From: Tubiluchus corallicola
Taxonomy: Eukaryota > Animalia > Priapulida
Length of the DNA: 64,000 bases
Reading direction: 5' to 3'
NCBI GenBank assembly: GCA_030141605.1
Contig: JAQGDQ010000549.1
Coordinates: 80,982-144,981, forward strand
In this document: positions 13,670 through 29,904 of the stretch, piece after piece
Numbering within the stretch: the first letter of the stretch is position 1
How the letters are laid out: every line of letters begins with the position of its first letter
Position numbers and translations under genes: made by a program
Notes under the pieces: model-generated
The model's input: only the letters and a program-made list of their open reading frames with translations
The model's database searches: none
Told to the model about the DNA's origin: nothing

Positions 13670-14320
13670 CAGAGCTGATCAAGATTGTGTAACTTGCAAC
13701 AAAGTCGACCAAGCGTGTTCACATCCTAACAAAGTTGATCAAGAATAGCTATCTTGCAAGAGACCTGACTAAGAGTACCTATTTTGCATTTGATACAGAG
13801 CTAACTAAGAATGTCTATTTTGCAACAAAGCTAATCAAGAATGCTCATTTTGCAAAAGCTGGCGAAGAATGTAGATCTTGCAGCAGAGCTTATCTATATT
13901 TCAAGATCAAGAATGTCTGTCTTGCACCAAAGCAGATCAAGAGTGCCCATCTTGCAACATATAGTGACCTAATATTGTAAAAAGGCCAACCAAGATGTCT
14001 ATCTTGTTGCCATCTTGTATGAAATGATCAAGATTGTCCATCTGTAGCAGTAGCAAAGCTGACCTAGAATGCCTTTCTTGTAACAAAACGGACAAAAAAC
14101 CTCTTTTGCAAAAAAGAAGAATAAGGTAACTTTTCTGCATGAAGGTCGATCAAGAATACTCCTCTTGCAGCAAAATTGCGCAAGATTGTTTCGTTTACAA
14201 CATGCTGATCAAGGATGTCGAGGTTGCAACTGCTAAAGCTGACCAAAACTGCCTAATTTGCAACATTATTAATCATAGATGTCAATTTACTAATAACAAT
14301 GATCAAGATTTCCTTTTTTG
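13670..14320. repeat. Old degenerate ~31-bp tandem repeat
   Basis: Recurring AAAGCTGATCAAGAATGTCTATTTTGCAA-like units. Confidence 0.75.
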
Positions 14321-14934
14321 CATCGAAAATTTCATTATTTTCCTGCGACGCAGTCAAAATGTAGTTTATCCAAGTGAAAAATTGAGGATGATGGGTGAAT
14401 TAATTACAATATGCAAAATCCAAGCGCTAAATAGATATAAAAATGATGGCTAGAATTACCTAATTCAATAGCCATTAGACGAGATCTGAGACTTAATTCA
14501 CTTATCAGATAATGTGTACAGCGATCGAAGTTGGACGCTTTTGCATCTCACTTTATTACGTCAGCAAACCTAGATTACAAATCTTGCATTCAATACTAAT
14601 AATTATATTTATACACCAATACTGAAAATAAAGTTTATTCAATTGCCATTATTTTTCGATAGGTAACACGTCTGTGATTTCTAGTGGAAGATCCGGGATT
14701 CTGGTGCAAATACCACGTGACCATAGATGTTGGTGGTTCTAGCTGCTGACATTGACGTAGAGTTGAGAAAGAGGAACGTTGAGCATGCGCACTAGGGTTT
14801 CAGTTTCTTTACTTTTAAGGATAAAAGGGTCCACACTTTCCTAAAGTTCTTTTGATTGCATTGCAATTTCAACACTATTAATATTCAATTTTACTGACCG
14901 TTACAAATTTCTGTGAAATTCACGCCAACTCACA

Positions 14935-15378
14935 ATTTGTTTCAAACGACTTACCGTTAAAATGGCTGCGCTTAACGGTCAAATTAAACAGTTTAAATTT
15001 ACTAGTTTTATACAGCGTTACTGTTAACGCAAGCTCTCTATGCAACGAGGCAGTAAGTATGTGACACAAAATTTCAAGGCATTTTTAGCTTCATGTGAAA
15101 CCAAAATACACATTATCGACCTTATTAACAATACAAAGCAGTTAGTTCTTTTGCTTACGAATGAGATACGAATGCCCTGATTAGTTTTTCAAACTTTATT
15201 CGATGCTACCTAATCTTGTTTCAAATGATCTACCATCAAAATGGCTGGGAATTTCAATTTTCAAGTTTTTATACAGCGTTACTGCTAGCGCAAGCCCTGC
15301 ATGCAGCAAGGCGGCAGTATGTATGTGACACAAAATTTTAGCTCTGTGTAAATAAAGGGTTTTCTTGTGTTTTAGCTA
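14935..15378 (-). mobile_element. Two tandem family D fragments (about 14935-15110 and 15212-15378)
   Basis: TTGTTTCAAA..AAAATGGCTG..TTTTATACAGCGTTACTG..GCAAGC..TATGTGACACAAAATTT occurs twice. Further fragments lie at about 31735-31965 and 38740-38860. Confidence 0.68.
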
Positions 15379-16410
15379 TTTGAATGTTTTCCAGTAATAG
15401 ACTAGTTTACTGATCCAAGGTTCAATGGTAACGTTTACTCTCTTGCATTCCTCGCATAGTTTTCATTTCAACGTTTCGGGTACAGCTACAGCAACTCCCC
15501 CCCGCCCCCACTCGCAACCGTTGCTGCTACCGCATATTATAAGTGCAAAAAAATTGGCACTACGCCAAACGAAAGCTATTTTCTGATAAGGTAATAAAAT
15601 GCGACAATATAGAAAATATAGAACTTGCAAGACATATTTAGAGTACAACGCGGTGCATTCCTGCACGCCTTGAGTATACATGCAAAAACAAAGATAGTAA
15701 CATGGGCAAAATTCATAGTAACAATAAACAATGTCGATAATCACCCCTGTATACAACGACATACCGCCTAGTTGCATTCACTCCAACACACGCGCATGCG
15801 TGTTGGATTCAGCCATCGGTTGTAGTATATGAAAAACCATCCTGTCTTCCTTTGTACGAAACTGCACTAGTTTCTTCATTAGCAACATCACAGCAGTCTA
15901 TAACTTTCAGATTTCTGCTCTTGAATAGCTATCACGTACTGTGAGAAGAATTGTTTTGCAATTGCACACGGCGCCACATGCTCTAGGGAAATTCGATGCG
16001 TCTCTCAAAAGTGTTTATCACAAACACGAATAAAACGCATTACTCCAGGGCTCGTGTTTTACAAACGATTTTCATTTTGAAAATTCATTGCTTTGCGTTA
16101 AAAGCACAGATCTATGGTTAAAAGCCTCGGTGACAGCTGAAGCTGCATTTATTGCGAAAAATGCGCAAAATTCGCGTGCACAAATTTGCGTGTCACAATT
16201 ACGGTGTTCTATTATCGATCATAATATCGATTATTGCGCAAATTAATGTAAATGGAGATCCAAAAATAGAGATACGGTTTCTATGTCTAATATTCTTTCT
16301 AAGCTGCTATCTTATAGAGCAATGTAAGTTAAAGCGATTTTTTCACGCTTGAAAAATAACAGGTATTCATTGATAACATTATTATAAAAATCTATAAAAA
16401 CAACAACTGC

Positions 16411-17200
<790 letters not shown>

Positions 17201-17784
17201 TAACAAAACTAGCAGCAGACTGACCTTTTTCCCACCTACAGCTAAGCTTGATAATTAAAGTGATTTTAAATCACTGAACGCTGCTTTTTGACTCACAATC
17301 TAAGTAAGAAAACTTTTGCTAATGTACAGACCTTCATCTTTCAACAAAAATTCATGTTTAATAGGCCTATTGCAAAGATCCTAATGTTGTCTACAGCAAA
17401 ACTTCTAATGTTAACACTAATTTATTACTTTAAAAATCATTGCAAAAATTCTAATGTTTGCCCAAGCGAAACCACGTTCATGTCGGTGCTGCAGCTCAAA
17501 CGAATTAAAATGGCGGTTTTTTCCATTTCGGAAATCAGTCGCAAACATGTCGGTCGGTCGCCGTTTCCGGTCGACTTGGGTATCGATTCCGCGCGGCTAT
17601 TAGAAAGTTTGTTGGCTTGAAACGGCAACTGAAGCCAAACTGAGTATTTCTAATGTACAAAACGTGTATTGGACGAGTGCAGCGTAGCGTGACGATTGGC
17701 TTAAGTGTAGGTTAATTTATGTACAATCACTGACGTTTAATCGTGTTATTAAAGCGACCTGTGTAGCTGCTGCTGTATTACGCG

Positions 17785-18245
17785 GTTTTAAACACCGTCA
17801 AAATATCTAACATTTTTCGGTTTTTTTCACCAGACCTCTTACCTTTGGAATTCTCATCTATTACAAAATTGGCGCAAATTATTCACCTGTTAACTATAAT
17901 CTTAACTGCTTCAAAATGAAGATTTTTAAGGTGTGCTACAGTGTTTCTAAACACCATAAAAACACAGTGTTTAAAGTTCATCCAGTTTTTCTTCCACCGG
18001 GCCTCTTAGCTTTAGAATTCTTATCTGCTACAAAACTGGCACAATTTTTTTACCTGTTAGCTTTAATTTTAACTGCAGGAAGGAAAACGTTTTTGTTCTG
18101 CATTAGAGCATTTCAAAACACTGTCAAAGACAATGTTTAACATTCATCCGGTTTTTTCCACAGGGTCTCTTACCTTTCGAATTCTTACCTGCTGCAAAAT
18201 TGGCACAGATTATTTACCCATTAGCTATCATCTTAACTGCTTCAG
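17785..18245. repeat. ~160-bp unit, three diverged tandem copies
   Basis: AAACAC...CTCTTACCTTT.GAATTCT.ATCT..TACAAAATTGGC.CAA.TT.TT.ACCTGTTA.CT.TAAT.TTAACTGC repeated three times. Confidence 0.8.
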
Positions 18246-18481
18246 TCTGCGTACCACTAGCAGAATAGTGGTTACCCAGAATTCTATTTATTAGACTTTT
18301 CACATTTTTGCTGGAGTTTTTTTATTCTGACCAGCCACTGCCATTGCTCGCGGCGATCAGAATAAAAAATTTCATGTTCCAAATCCATGTTTTTCCTAAT
18401 TAAATAGTTCGGCCACAAGACATGGAAGCAAACATCTACACTGTTGAGCAAAGAGGCAAAAACTTGAAGTAAACAAAACAT

Positions 18482-18555
18482 AAATCTCCACCTAGTATCG
18501 AACCCGGGTCCTTCTGCCTTCTAGACAGACACTTTTCGCAACCTTTGATGTGCAA
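18482..18555 (-). pseudogene. Degenerate tRNA-like/SINE-head remnant
   Basis: Minus strand GGACCCGGGTTCGATACTAGG is B-box/T-arm-like, preceded by a possible stem-loop (TCTGTCTAGAAGGCAGA). No intact cloverleaf. Confidence 0.4.
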
Positions 18556-20759
18556 ATTTTGTTATCACTACAAGTCGGTAGGACATAAACACCCACATAA
18601 GTTAATCTATACAACTTTAATACATATAATCTATATCTTTTTTGTGCAAAAGGTTTATTGATTTTTCTACCCACGCGTTGAACACTGTACATCTGCCCAC
18701 TAGTCTGCACTAAATTATCTTTATTTATCTTATTTACACAAGAGTAGGGAAACGATTCTGCTATACGAACCACCTACTACATAGGTATGTTTACATTACG
18801 CTACACACACAACCTAGAATCTATTTTTGACCATCCATGCGTCATCAATGGCTTCATGCGTCATCCATGGCTTCCATGGGTGCAATACCCCAGGTCAAGC
18901 ATAACGTTCACACATTTGACCCAAGTTGCTTCGTGAACTTTCCCACTGCTAAACCTAGTGTAGGGCTGTTTAGGCACCTGACTATAATAAGCTTTCCCAG
19001 GGCATTTTTAGACATGGTGCAACTTCCTGCAAATTCAGTTTCTACCCTCGGGCTTCTTATCTGTGGAATTCTCCACCACGAATTTTAAATTTAATTTTGC
19101 TACTTAATTTGATTTTTTCGACACGTATTCGTATCTTTACCTTCTTTGCTGGATGCTTTTCTACCATGCTTAGTCTTTGTTATTTAATGCTCCTGTTTAG
19201 AACGACTTGTACAAAAGCGTGACATAAATTTCATGGTATTTTTAGCTGCAGGGGAAAATTGAAAACTCACAAATATTGCGCTTTAAAGGAAAGACCAGGC
19301 ATTCTGGGAAATTAGGCCTATTTCAATGCTGGGGAAAAATGTTAGAAAGATTTAGCAATATTAGTGTTATAAGTGTCTCGTGTAATTAGCAAAATCACTT
19401 AGAAGTCACGATCATTTAACGTTATTTCTCCCACCAGTGACGTCATTCATCAACTGAAGAAAATCAGGACACTGTGAATTACCGTCAAAAGAAGTTTTTA
19501 CAAAAAGACAGATTGGTTATTTTGTAATATTTTTGCTTATGCAGAGTGCAGCAAAGCGCGCCTACGTAATGCGATGATGCGCTTACAAAAAATCACAAAG
19601 TCCACCAATTACGTCATAATTTTCGGGTGAATTGCTGTTACCACTGCGCCTGAAAATTTCTATTCAGAGGTAGTATAAATCAACTTTATGGATTTTGGAC
19701 AGTTTTTTCAAATTTCTTTGTTTTATTTTTCTAAGTTTAAGCGGTAAGAGTAAAATAAACACAACAGGCAAAGGGACATGTACTTTCCTTCAACACTGAT
19801 TTAATAAAAAGCTTGAAAACGAACTAGGTTTTGTGTATTTCTTCAAGTTAACTTGAACACCATCAGTATAACATTTACACCCACTCAGAGCGTTCATGTC
19901 CCACTCAAGGTCTGTCAGACTTGATCCTCTTATCTGATCCTGGAAAGTTGACATCCTGGGACAGGCCCTCCTCCTCTCGGAAACATGGTTTATCAGTAGC
20001 GGTGCTTTTGTTGCAACTTCCACTCATTCGTCCACTGAGTTCCATTCATTCAGCTCATTTATTTTATTCTGGCGCATCGAGGCTGCCGTACATTACTGAT
20101 ACTAAAGACGGCATTCATCTAGTTCACGTAGCACACGTTATTCTGAATGGTGACTATTAATCGACTCGCTGATCAATGCCAGGGATCACATTAGCAGCTT
20201 CACGTGCAGGGTGGGAAATGTTCGTCACGTGACAATGCTGGTCAAAATGGCTTCCTTTGACAGGCACAAAGTCGTCTAGAGCAACCTGGTTTTTGAGTAC
20301 GCGCAAGCTGAAGATAATATTGTTAAAACAGGCTTCTACTCAGCATATTCCAAAATGCAGAACGGCTGCTTAAAAATCCGTTTTTCATTGGACCTCTTTG
20401 GAATCCTTGCCAGAGATTGCTTTCATGTTAGCTACAACCTCAAACCCTTAAAATAATGTCAGCAGATACCTCCTATTACGAGTAATTCGTCAAACTTTAA
20501 GGAACTGAATTCGAATTTAAACCGTTCTGCTGTTTGTTTGCCTAGCATTTCAATTGAGAAGTCACGTGAGCGCTGTCATCACAGATGGGGACGAAAGTTT
20601 GTTGGTCCCCCACCAATTTGGGCAGCTTTTCCTGGACACTGCCGCGTAGTTAACACTTTGAAGCCATCCATTCAGGCAGCCATAACTCCAGGGTTTCATT
20701 TCGCTGACCAGCTGAGCTAGAAATCGATTTAGCAGCTCCCAGTAGTAAACATGATGAAG

Positions 20760-22275
20760 TATGTGAGTTATGTTTGAACGAGTCACGTCTAAAAGTGTTG
20801 AGATTTGTGAGTTATATTTAAATAAGTCACGTCTAAAAGTGTTGAGATTTGTGAGTTATATTTGAACGAGTCACGTCTCAAAGTGTTGAGATTTGTGAGT
20901 AATATTTGAATAAGTCACGTCTAAAAGTGTTGAGATTTGTGAGTAATATTTGAATAAGTCACGTCTAAAAGTGTTGAGATTTGTGAGTAATATTTAAATA
21001 AATCACGTTTAAAAGTGTTGAGATTTGTGAGTTATATTTGAATAAGTCACGTCTAAAAGTGTTGAGATTTGTGAGTTATATTTAAATAAGTCACGTCTAA
21101 AAGTGTTGAGATTTGTGAGTTATATTTAAATAAGTCACGTCTAAAAGTGTTGAGATTTGTGAGTTATATTTAAATAAGTCACGTCTAAAAGTGTTGAGAT
21201 TTGTGAGTAATATTTGAACGAGTCTCGTCTAAAAGTGTTGAGATTTGTGAGTTATATTTGAACGAGTCTCGTCTAGGAGTGTTGAGATTTGTGAGTTATA
21301 TTTGAACGAGTCTTGTCTAGGAGTGTTGAGATTTGTGAGTTATATTTGAACGAGTCTCATCTGGAAGTGTTGAGATTTATGAGTTATATTTGAACGAGTC
21401 TCGTCTGGAAGTGTTGAGATTTGTGAGTTATATTTGAACGAGTCTTGTCTAGGAGTGTTGAGATTTGTGAGTTATATTTGAACGAGTCTCATCTGGAAGT
21501 GTTGAGATTTGTGAGTTATATTTGAACGAGTCTCGTCTAGGAGTGTTGAGATTTGTGAGTTATATTTGAACGAGTCTCGTCTGGAAGTGTTGAGATTTGT
21601 GAGTTATATTTGAACGAGTCTCGTCTAGGAGTGTTGAGATTTATGAGTTATATTTGAACGAGTCTCATCTGGAAGTGTTGAGATTTATGAGTTATATTTG
21701 AACGAGTCTCGTCTGGAAGTGTTGAGATTTGTGAGTTATATTTGAACGAGTCTCATCTGGAAGTGTTGAGATTTATGAGTTATATTTGAACGAGTCTCAT
21801 CTGGAAGTGTTGAGATTTATGTGTTATATTTGAACGAGTCTTGTCTAAAAGTGTTGAGATTTGTGAGTTATATTTGAACGAGTCTCGTCTAAAAGTGTTG
21901 AGATTTGTGAGTTATATTTGAACGAGTCTTGTCTAGGAGTGTTGAGATTTGTGAGTTATATTTGAACGAGTCTCATCTGGAAGTGTTGAGATTTATGAGT
22001 TATATTTGAACGAGTCTCGTCTAGGAGTGTTGAGATTTATGAGTTATATTTGAACGAGTCTCGTCTAGGAGTGTTGAGATTTGTGAGTTATATTTGAACG
22101 AGTCTCGTCTAGGAGTGTTGAGATTTGTGAGTTATATTTGAACGAGTCTCGTCTAGGAGTGTTGAGATTTGTGAGTTATATTTGAACGAGTCTCGTCTAG
22201 GAGTGTTGAGATTTGTGAGTTATATTTGAACGAGTCTCATCTGGGAGTGTTGAGATTTGTGAGTAATATTTGAAT
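20760..22275. repeat. 44-bp minisatellite, about 34 copies
   Basis: Unit GAGATTTGTGAGTTATATTTGAACGAGTCTCGTCTAGGAGTGTT and variants. Confidence 0.97.
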
Positions 22276-23844
22276 TATAAGCACTGGGTTGGAAATATTG
22301 TCCTAACAATTTTCTAAAACGTTTTCGAAATGAATCTATTTCATTCTTTTGACAATGTTTGACTAACTGAATTTTGTTTCAAAGCACATCGTCCATGGCT
22401 TCTCTGGATAACTAACCTGACTTTCCGTTACGATGGCTTGATTGCTTTCTACTCTATCAAAAGTACTTCCCAGCCTGCTAACAGTCCGGGACAGATTTTG
22501 ACTTTTGGGGCACCTGGGCTAATGAAATTATGGGGCCACCTCAGACCAAGCCACCCTCTAACTTTCTCGTACTCGCCTCGAATATTTCTACTTGATATAT
22601 TTTAGCAAAATTTAAAAGCTGGGGGGTGGACCGTACTTCAAATAAAGGGTTTCAAAGAGGGGCCTTTATCTTAAATAAAGGGCCTGAAAGAAAGGCCGTT
22701 TATCTCAAAGAAAAGGGCTTCGAACAGGGATCCTCTATTTCAAACGAGGAGAAACTTTAAAATTGGATTTTTAGATTTCCTGGCTTTCTTTTTTAAAGTC
22801 AGAAATGCAAAGTAGCCCCCCCCCCCCTCAAGCTGAGGGGCCCTAAACTGCAATCTGTAGTAATCTATATTGTAATCCGGCCCTGTTCCTAGTGTTATCG
22901 TTCACTGTGCACAGAGCTCATAGATACAGGCAATTATCTCAGTATTATACTGAACCATTTTGAAAAATGCGAGAAAAATTTGCTTGTAAAAGTCACGCCT
23001 ACAATGCTCTAGGAGAGTTATCACTATGGCTTTATCATTGATACAGGTATCCTATTCATTAGTACCAATTATGGACATTAGTCGTGTGCAGAGAAAGATC
23101 AAAGACCGCCGACAGCTACTGTAAATTACACAGCTTCAGATGGTTACTTTGATATAGAATCACATGGGGATAAGTCGTTCACTTTGGCAATACCAGAAAT
23201 CTTCGCAATATCAATAATGCATACGCACCGCAGACCTTAGCGACGACAAAGCTGCCACCTACGCAAAGGAATATTGAATCAAAGAATGAGAAATAACTTT
23301 AACGCGCTGATGAGGAGCATGTAACTTGGATACCTCACAGATTTAGGAAGTTTTTAACTAAATAATCAAACAGCTAAATTTCGACAAGAAGTAGGCAAGT
23401 GAAGCATTTTCGAAGCTTACACACCACAAGTAATTTAAAAACAAAAATTGTATATATCTATTCACATTTCACAAACTTGAAAAAATGCATTTGTGTATGA
23501 TGTACAACGGACTTAACAACATAGATCTGTCACATTCACACGTCCATCTGCAAAAAAAGAGAATTCGACAACCCCTTGAAAAAAATCAAGCGGTTAAACT
23601 AGCAAACTATTTCTCATATTTTATGTAAAATAACCGCAAGAATATGGCAGTTAATTCACGCCTCAGCATTTAAAGCTTGAGTCGTGACTTGGTGATAAAG
23701 CTCAGATAACTCGCTTGTATAAAATCAGGTTCAAAGCTCGGATCAGTTTGCATTAAGGCTGTCAGGTACAGTTGATAACTGTGCAACATAGTTAGCATGG
23801 ATTACTGTAACTACACTCTGTAATTCTCCATGTTGCACTAAAAT

Positions 23845-24385
23845 CACCATCATCACCGTCATTGTCATCATCATCATCAACAGCATCAGCATTTTCGTCA
23901 CTATCGCAATCGTCAATATCATCATCAATATCATTCATCACAAAAAATAACTGCCACCATCCATCACCACCTCCACAACAACAGCAACTGCAACAACTAC
24001 TACAACACTACTATCACCACCACCACTATCATTACCATTATCATCGTCATCATCATCATCAACAGCATCAGCATTTTTGTCACTATCACAATCGCCAATA
24101 TCATTCATCACCACCACCACAACAACAGCAACAGCAACGACTACTACAACACTACTATCACCACCACCACCATCATTACCATCATCATCGTCATCATCAT
24201 CATCAACAGCATCAGCGTTTTCGTCACTATCGCAATCGTCAATATCATTCATCGTTTCAGTCAATCAGGGAGAGACCACAACAACAGCAACAGCAACAAT
24301 TACTACAACACTACTATCACCACCACCACCACCATCATTACCATCATTATCATTATCATCATCGTCATTATCACCATTGTCATCA
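23845..24385. repeat. Cryptic CAT/CAC/CAA trinucleotide region with ~145-bp unit triplication
   Basis: CATCAACAGCATCAGC.TTT..GTCACTATC.CAATCG.CAATATCAT and ACTACAACACTACTATCACCACCACCAC each recur three times. Confidence 0.9.
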
Positions 24386-24894
24386 ATACGTAATCGTCCT
24401 TGATATCATCGTACTAATTTCTCCACAAATAAAACGAAATCACGGCTAGATCCGACCGCCCCAGCAATCAGCAATCTCACCACACTAGTCTGAATACGAA
24501 ATGTTCCATTGTTCTTTTCGGCTAAAGAAAACTGCACAAATTCTATGCAGGATTAGCGCGGATTAAAGGCGTGATCCACACAAAATAACACTGAATCAGA
24601 ACTATTTACATTCCTGAACGCCCCCGCAATTGCATGCCAGTGAACCGAACTCACAGGCGGGTGAGTTTTTGCGCTCGTTTTTAACAGCCGGGAGCTTTGA
24701 GTTACTGGCAATTTACGTAACACGGGGGTTGTGAAACGGGCTCACCCAACACTCAGGGGTGCTACTGGGTGTCTAGGGCTGGAAAATTTCTCAGTATCTT
24801 CGCTGTGACTTGATTATCTTTACGTCAGACAATAGTTTTGTTCAATGATATTTGTTCTGGCGTATAATTAAAAGGTAAGATACGCATTACTTAG

Positions 24895-25480
24895 GCAAAG
24901 CTAAAAAAACACTTTGAAATTTTGTCACCTGATTATCTGGGTGCAGAGCTTGCGTTGGCAGTAACGCTGTATATAACTTGTAAATATAAACTCCTGCGAT
25001 GACCGTTAAGCGCAGCCATTTTAATAGTAAATCATTTGAAACAAGTTTAGATAACATTGCGTGAAGTTTGAAAAAAGAATCAGATCATTCGTAGCACTTT
25101 TCGCTAAGCAAAAGTTTAAATTACTTTATCTTGTCAATACGTTTTTTGGTGCACACTGTGAAGATAAATCAGTGGTGCACACTGTGAAGATAAATCAGTG
25201 GTGCACACTGTGAAGATAAATCAGTGGTGCACACTGTGAAGATAAATCAGTGGTACACACACTGTGAAGATAAATCAGTGCAGTGTTACCAGTTGGCGCG
25301 AATATTTTAATTTATTAATAATTTTCTTTTCTAGTTATTAGTCTTCCAAGTAAGAAAGCATAATGGCACTTAATATAACTTTGCAGGGAAAGTATTTTGA
25401 GAGATAGTTTAACATTGCCTTTTCATCTCTTTGTTTACGGATATGACGTCACGCACTTTAAAATTCCCTTTTCTTCCCCT
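24895..25480 (+). mobile_element. MITE family D copy containing a 26-bp x5 tandem repeat (25148-25281)
   Basis: Same core (GCAGTAACGCTGTAT..CCGTTAAGCGCAGCCATTTT..AAACAAGTTTAGATAAC) and end (AAATTCCCTTTTCTTCCCCT); GGTGCACACTGTGAAGATAAATCAGT is repeated five times. Confidence 0.72.
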
Positions 25481-25949
25481 TTACTTTATTTAGATGTTTT
25501 ATTTGCGCTGTTGTTGTTGTTATGAAGTTACACAAATTCAGGGGAGCGTCTAAGCACATTTTACTAATTACATGAGACGCTTATCACACTTTTATTACTG
25601 AATCCTTACATTTTTCGCGTGTATCGAAATAAGCCTAACTTCCCAGAAGGCTTGGTCTTTCCTTTAATCACTGTTGGGCGCCATTACACCGGTCCTCTAG
25701 ACATTGAGCAAGTCGTAACCAGGAGGCTGTGAATAGGACGAATCATATGTCCATATTTCGCTGATGCACTGCAGCTACTGTTGCTGGACTTTGCAAAACC
25801 TAATCAAGCCTATAATGATTTGCTGGTTAAATGTGTACACAATCAATAGGGGAGTCAGTAATCTCGGGGGAAAGAAGCCATGGTCACGCAATGCTGAACA
25901 AGCTCGTGTGGTGAAAGCTTCGTTATGATGGAATGTTTCCTGAGAAATA

Positions 25950-27790
<1,841 letters not shown>

Positions 27791-28571
27791 CACTACAAAG
27801 AATAATTACCTAGGACAGGTTTGCTAAAAGCATAAGGAACTATGCAATGCTGCCCCCAGATTTTATTACAACTCACAGGACCATTTAATATACACATTAG
27901 CCGAACATCGCGCATTAATATTCCACAGGGAAACAAGAATATAATCCCTTTAAATAAATGATGGTAGGATTAATATTTAGTAAGTCCTGCTCTGTGGCGG
28001 AGTAAGGGGGAGCAAGAAAACCTCCGAGTCTGCCCCCTTTGATCTGCCTTATATTATGCCTTCCATGAACTTAATAAATTACGTAATTTAAGGAAATTAA
28101 AAAAAGTGGAAATTCGCGGAGAAATCTAAAGATTCTCAAGGGTTCAAAACTGATAATAATGAAGGGGCATAACTACGTTGTGTAAAGGTCACCTAGGCCT
28201 CTGAAGATTCATCCTTACTCAGTACCACCTCTTCGTGTTTGGATACGCCCCCGCCGTTCTGCATAAAACAAACGGCGGAGCTGTTTCTCATCATGGCGGC
28301 GTGGTGCAAAATAAATGCGGTTATGCAATATTCATGAAACGATTGAAAGCAAAAAGCTAATTTATTGAATCTAATTAGCACTCCGAAAATTACTCGCCTA
28401 ATTAACGTTGCTAATCACGTCACGGGTGAAAAGTATGCTGCTGATAATTATGCGCAAATCGAGGCTACGAAAAAGGTGAGGTAGCGAAGCCATTTATAAA
28501 CTTAAAATTTCAAATTCAGTTTGTACAGGTACTCGCAGTATTATTGGAAAAATAACTTTTTTGCTTGGAAA

Positions 28572-28940
28572 AACAAGACAGGATGATTTTTCAGATACTA
28601 CCCCATTTTCAAGTCCGGTGAAAAGTATACACAATTAATGCTGCATAAGCCTTTCCGATAATTAAATAATAGATAAAAACTTAATTAACGGCGGTCGAGC
28701 CCAACTATTGGTGACATCACAAACTAACATAATTTTCATCAGCAAAAATATTCCTTGAGCGTGTTGCCCCTGTTTGTAAAAGAGAAAATTGAAGTAGAGT
28801 GCTACTGTAAGTGATTCAATGTGTTGTACTAAAGCTCGGTAAGTTTTACGATAAAAATCCAAATTTCAAATCAACCGCTATGCTCACGCGTAAGCTGTCG
28901 AACGTGTGTAGTACGTCACAAACGAACACCTATGAACTTA
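28572..28940 (-). mobile_element. MITE family A, partial copy
   Basis: AAGACAGGATGATTTTTCA...CCCCATTTTCAAGTCC is the reverse complement of the family A 3' end; homology continues for about 370 bp. Confidence 0.8.
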
Positions 28941-29511
28941 CTTGAAAACGGGGTAGAATACTCAGCCTTCTGTTTTTTCTTGTACTAATTTTGTAGTCCC
29001 TCCAAATCTTCTTTAAGTATCTGACGCGCGTCACTACGGTCTGTAAGCCATAGACCTGCATGCTGCTCCTCAACTGTGTAGTACAAGTCGAGTATTCTAT
29101 TTACCAGAAGAAAATTATGCGTGTTTGTGATTGCTGCATGATAGAGGGAGCTTGAAACTCAATCAACATGAAGAGAAATTCAATATAATTCAAACTTAAT
29201 TATAAATTGCGCAATTAAAGCCCCGGATTTCTGTCGCGGCCAGCTCGTGTAGATAGAGACGAATCAATACCTCACTTGCGGTTACCAGAACACTTAATGC
29301 AAATGTGTGTTCAAATGCTTCCATTCTGGCTGTAACAATCGCTTAACAACCCGAGTATGCAGAGTGCTTGTCCAGTCCAAGAGCTAGTTGCTATTAGTTG
29401 TTCACATGTACCAGCTGGCGCCAAAAAAATGCGCCTAAATTTGACGTACGGTAGAAAGCACACATCTTAACACCAATTACAATACTGCAAAAGTGTTTCT
29501 GATGGTTAAAT

Positions 29512-29900
29512 CATAGATTAAATAACAGTTTACTTAACGGCGGGTGAGCCCAGCTGTTAATGACATCACAGACGAACGATATTCCGTGAGCGTGTTGCAT
29601 GTGCTCGCAAAAGCGAAAATTAAAGCACAGTGCTACTTTACTAAATCCAGTGTTATATACAATGACGGGTAAATTTAAAATTTAAAAACCTCCAACATGT
29701 GCACTACGTCATAACTGTGCAGTTTTTGTGCAACGCATTTCCGGAATGCAGGTGCTGTGTCCATCTAAATAGCGCACGACGAAATTCATGTTACTGGGCG
29801 CGAACGTGATTTTAAATTTCTGTGCTTATAATTCTTTACGTAATTACGAAAGCGATAGTAATTGTTAAAGAAACAATTACGATTGTTTTCAACATTTTAC
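29512..29900 (-). mobile_element. MITE family A, diverged partial copy
   Basis: TTAACGGCGGGTGAGCCCA..TGACATCAC..GAGCGTGTTGCATGTG..AAAGCGAAAATT..CAGTGCTAC matches the reverse complement of family A, with indels. Confidence 0.7.
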
Positions 29901-29904
29901 ACAC

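Noticed and set aside
20562-20720. Minus-strand YGCLNGW...SCPNWWG as the EGF-domain exon of the NRG-like gene
   Set aside because: Only two of the six EGF cysteines are present, and there is no convincing phase-1 splice pair.
22483-22886. Possible CAGGGCCGGATT-type TIR element
   Set aside because: The right end AATCCGGCCCTG is clear, but the left end is too degenerate and no TSD is visible.
28193-28280. Minus-strand CFMQNGGG after a possible acceptor as an EGF exon
   Set aside because: Lacks the C-x-N-G-G-x-C spacing, and all frames stop within about 70 nt.
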